Both the position numbers and the translations under genes were made by a program. The notes below the pieces were generated by a model, which had not been told where the DNA came from, did not search any database, and saw nothing but the letters and a program-made list of their open reading frames with translations. From positions 1,374,893 through 1,438,892 of the forward strand of contig JAAOMT010000512.1 in the NCBI GenBank assembly GCA_016748015.1: DNA of 64,000 nt, in the 5' to 3' direction. Below, one piece after another: positions 62,611-64,000 of this stretch (positions within the stretch are counted from its first letter, which is position 1; each line of letters begins with the position of its first letter). The stretch is from Geosiphon pyriformis uo1 (taxonomy: Eukaryota; Fungi; Glomeromycota).

Positions 62611-64000
62611 TGTTATCAGAGGTTTTTGGTCTCTTTTCTTGAATATTGTAACTGTCTGTTGGTTGCAAATTCACGTTTTCTAGAAGTAGTTGAACCTCCA
62701 ATAACTGAATTTATCTTCAAATTATCCCTTATAATTTGAACTGCTGGACTTATGAGTGGAATGGCCAATTCTCTGTCAGTTACTTTATGTAGTTACTTTG
62801 TAGTAAACATCAACTCTTTCCCAGAAATTGCTCGTCTGGAAGCTCACTAAAAATGTGTAGTTACTTTGCTGTGAAAGTCAACTCTTCTACAGGAATCTTA
62901 TCTGTAGGCTATCCTAATGATTGTAATAAAAAAAGAAAATAAAATAAAAAAAATGTAAAAGAAATAGGATTTTATCAAGGAAAACGTTTTCTATTCAGGC
63001 CTGGAGTCACTAACAGATTACTGAAATTGGTAGCTAATCAATTTCAAAATGTTAGTTGTGTTGAGGGAATTTCAAGTGTAATAATTTTAAAGATTTGGTT
63101 TTTGAATATTTTAATTTTTATTTGATTTTGTAAAAAAAGGTGATTTGTTCTAATTAAGATATTTTAAGTAAGTTACTATGGTAAGATACATTTTCTTAAA
63201 GAGAAAAGCTCTTCTTTTATACAACTTGTTGTAGTACTAGTCTATGAACTTGCACTTTTTCTCTTTGCTCAAATTTCAGCAAACTAAAGATATATTTTGA
63301 TAGACTACAAGTTATTTCACTGAACTATTGATTAATTTGGGTGAGCTATTCATAATTTCGGCAAATTTTAGAATGTTACAAAGTTCAGGGTATTGTGTAA
63401 TTTGATCATCTTACTTTCTGTTATACTAATTGAATTATTTAATTGAATTATGATATGTGATAATTGATTAAATAATAAATGATAATTTGAAATGATATTA
63501 ATATACTAATTAATTATAGGAATTATAAGAGTAATTTTTATGCCAATTAATAGCTAAAATTCTACTGGTAATATAATCTTCTCTCCAGACTGAGCTTTGT
63601 CAAAGTCCAAGCACTATCTGTAATATTGAGATAGTGATCCAAAATAATTGAAGTAACCTGGTCTGAAAATTGTTGAAATTTCAGTTCTGTGAGTTTGCTA
63701 ATATATTGGACTTTCATTGGTTGCAGTATTGGATTTTGTAGAACATTTTCACAAGTATTAAACAAATCATAGAGTCTAAAAGCTGTTCTAAGTTTGTAGT
63801 AAGTGTTTGTTGGTCCAGCTGCTGTTTTGAATTGATTGTGAATTTGCTTTTGTATAGCTTTAGGAGTGAGATTTGTTGCTTCAAGTTCCAGTTTTCGTTC
63901 ATAAAGTGTGTTTCCAATGTGAAAGTATTTATATATAGAGGTGTGTTCATTGTTCTGTTCATTGAAAAGTAATAGAAGTTTTTGTTGTATTGTAGCATTT
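62611..64000 (-). mobile_element. Gypsy element F (family Y): 3' LTR 62611-63573, PPT and part of ORF3; inserted just after the integrase of C; continues beyond the window
   Basis: The LTR is homologous to 42754-43705. ORF 63562-63765 (CENVLQNPILQPMKVQYISKLTELKFQQFSDQ) matches ORF3 of element E. Confidence 0.9.

Overview
This window is eukaryotic fungal DNA: short GT-AG introns and an AT-rich background. The repeat content resembles Glomeromycotina (arbuscular mycorrhizal fungi, Geosiphon-like); that assignment is inferred. The first 17 kb holds host genes: the 3' end of a SUMO-like-domain gene (Rad60/Esc2 type), TIM10, a GT2 glycosyltransferase and a 5-exon HSL/GDXG alpha/beta-hydrolase. It also holds a near-perfect 1.7-kb inverted duplication carrying two head-to-head copies of a small secreted His/Gly-rich protein gene, both with the same +1 frameshift. 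From 18.7 to 23.3 kb lies a full-length LINE ORF2 (APE-RT-RNaseH-zinc finger) almost erased by C>T/G>A mutation. From 23.3 to 64 kb is a stack of nested, decayed Ty3/Gypsy elements from three families, here called B, X and Y; all have TGTTA...TAACA ends, and the four insertions with both ends visible have 4-bp TSDs. A Sel1-repeat pseudogene sits within the stack. Nesting order: LINE < A(X) < B; and C(X) < [solo LTR(Y), D(X) < E(Y), F(Y)]. The main novelty is that all three Gypsy families appear tricistronic. Gag-Pol stops right after RNase H, integrase is a separate ORF with its own start codon, and a conserved non-env ORF3 follows before the polypurine tract. Families X and Y also carry a large Cys-rich domain and a dUTPase between protease and RT. 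There are two assembly gaps (24317-24797 and 51101-51886).
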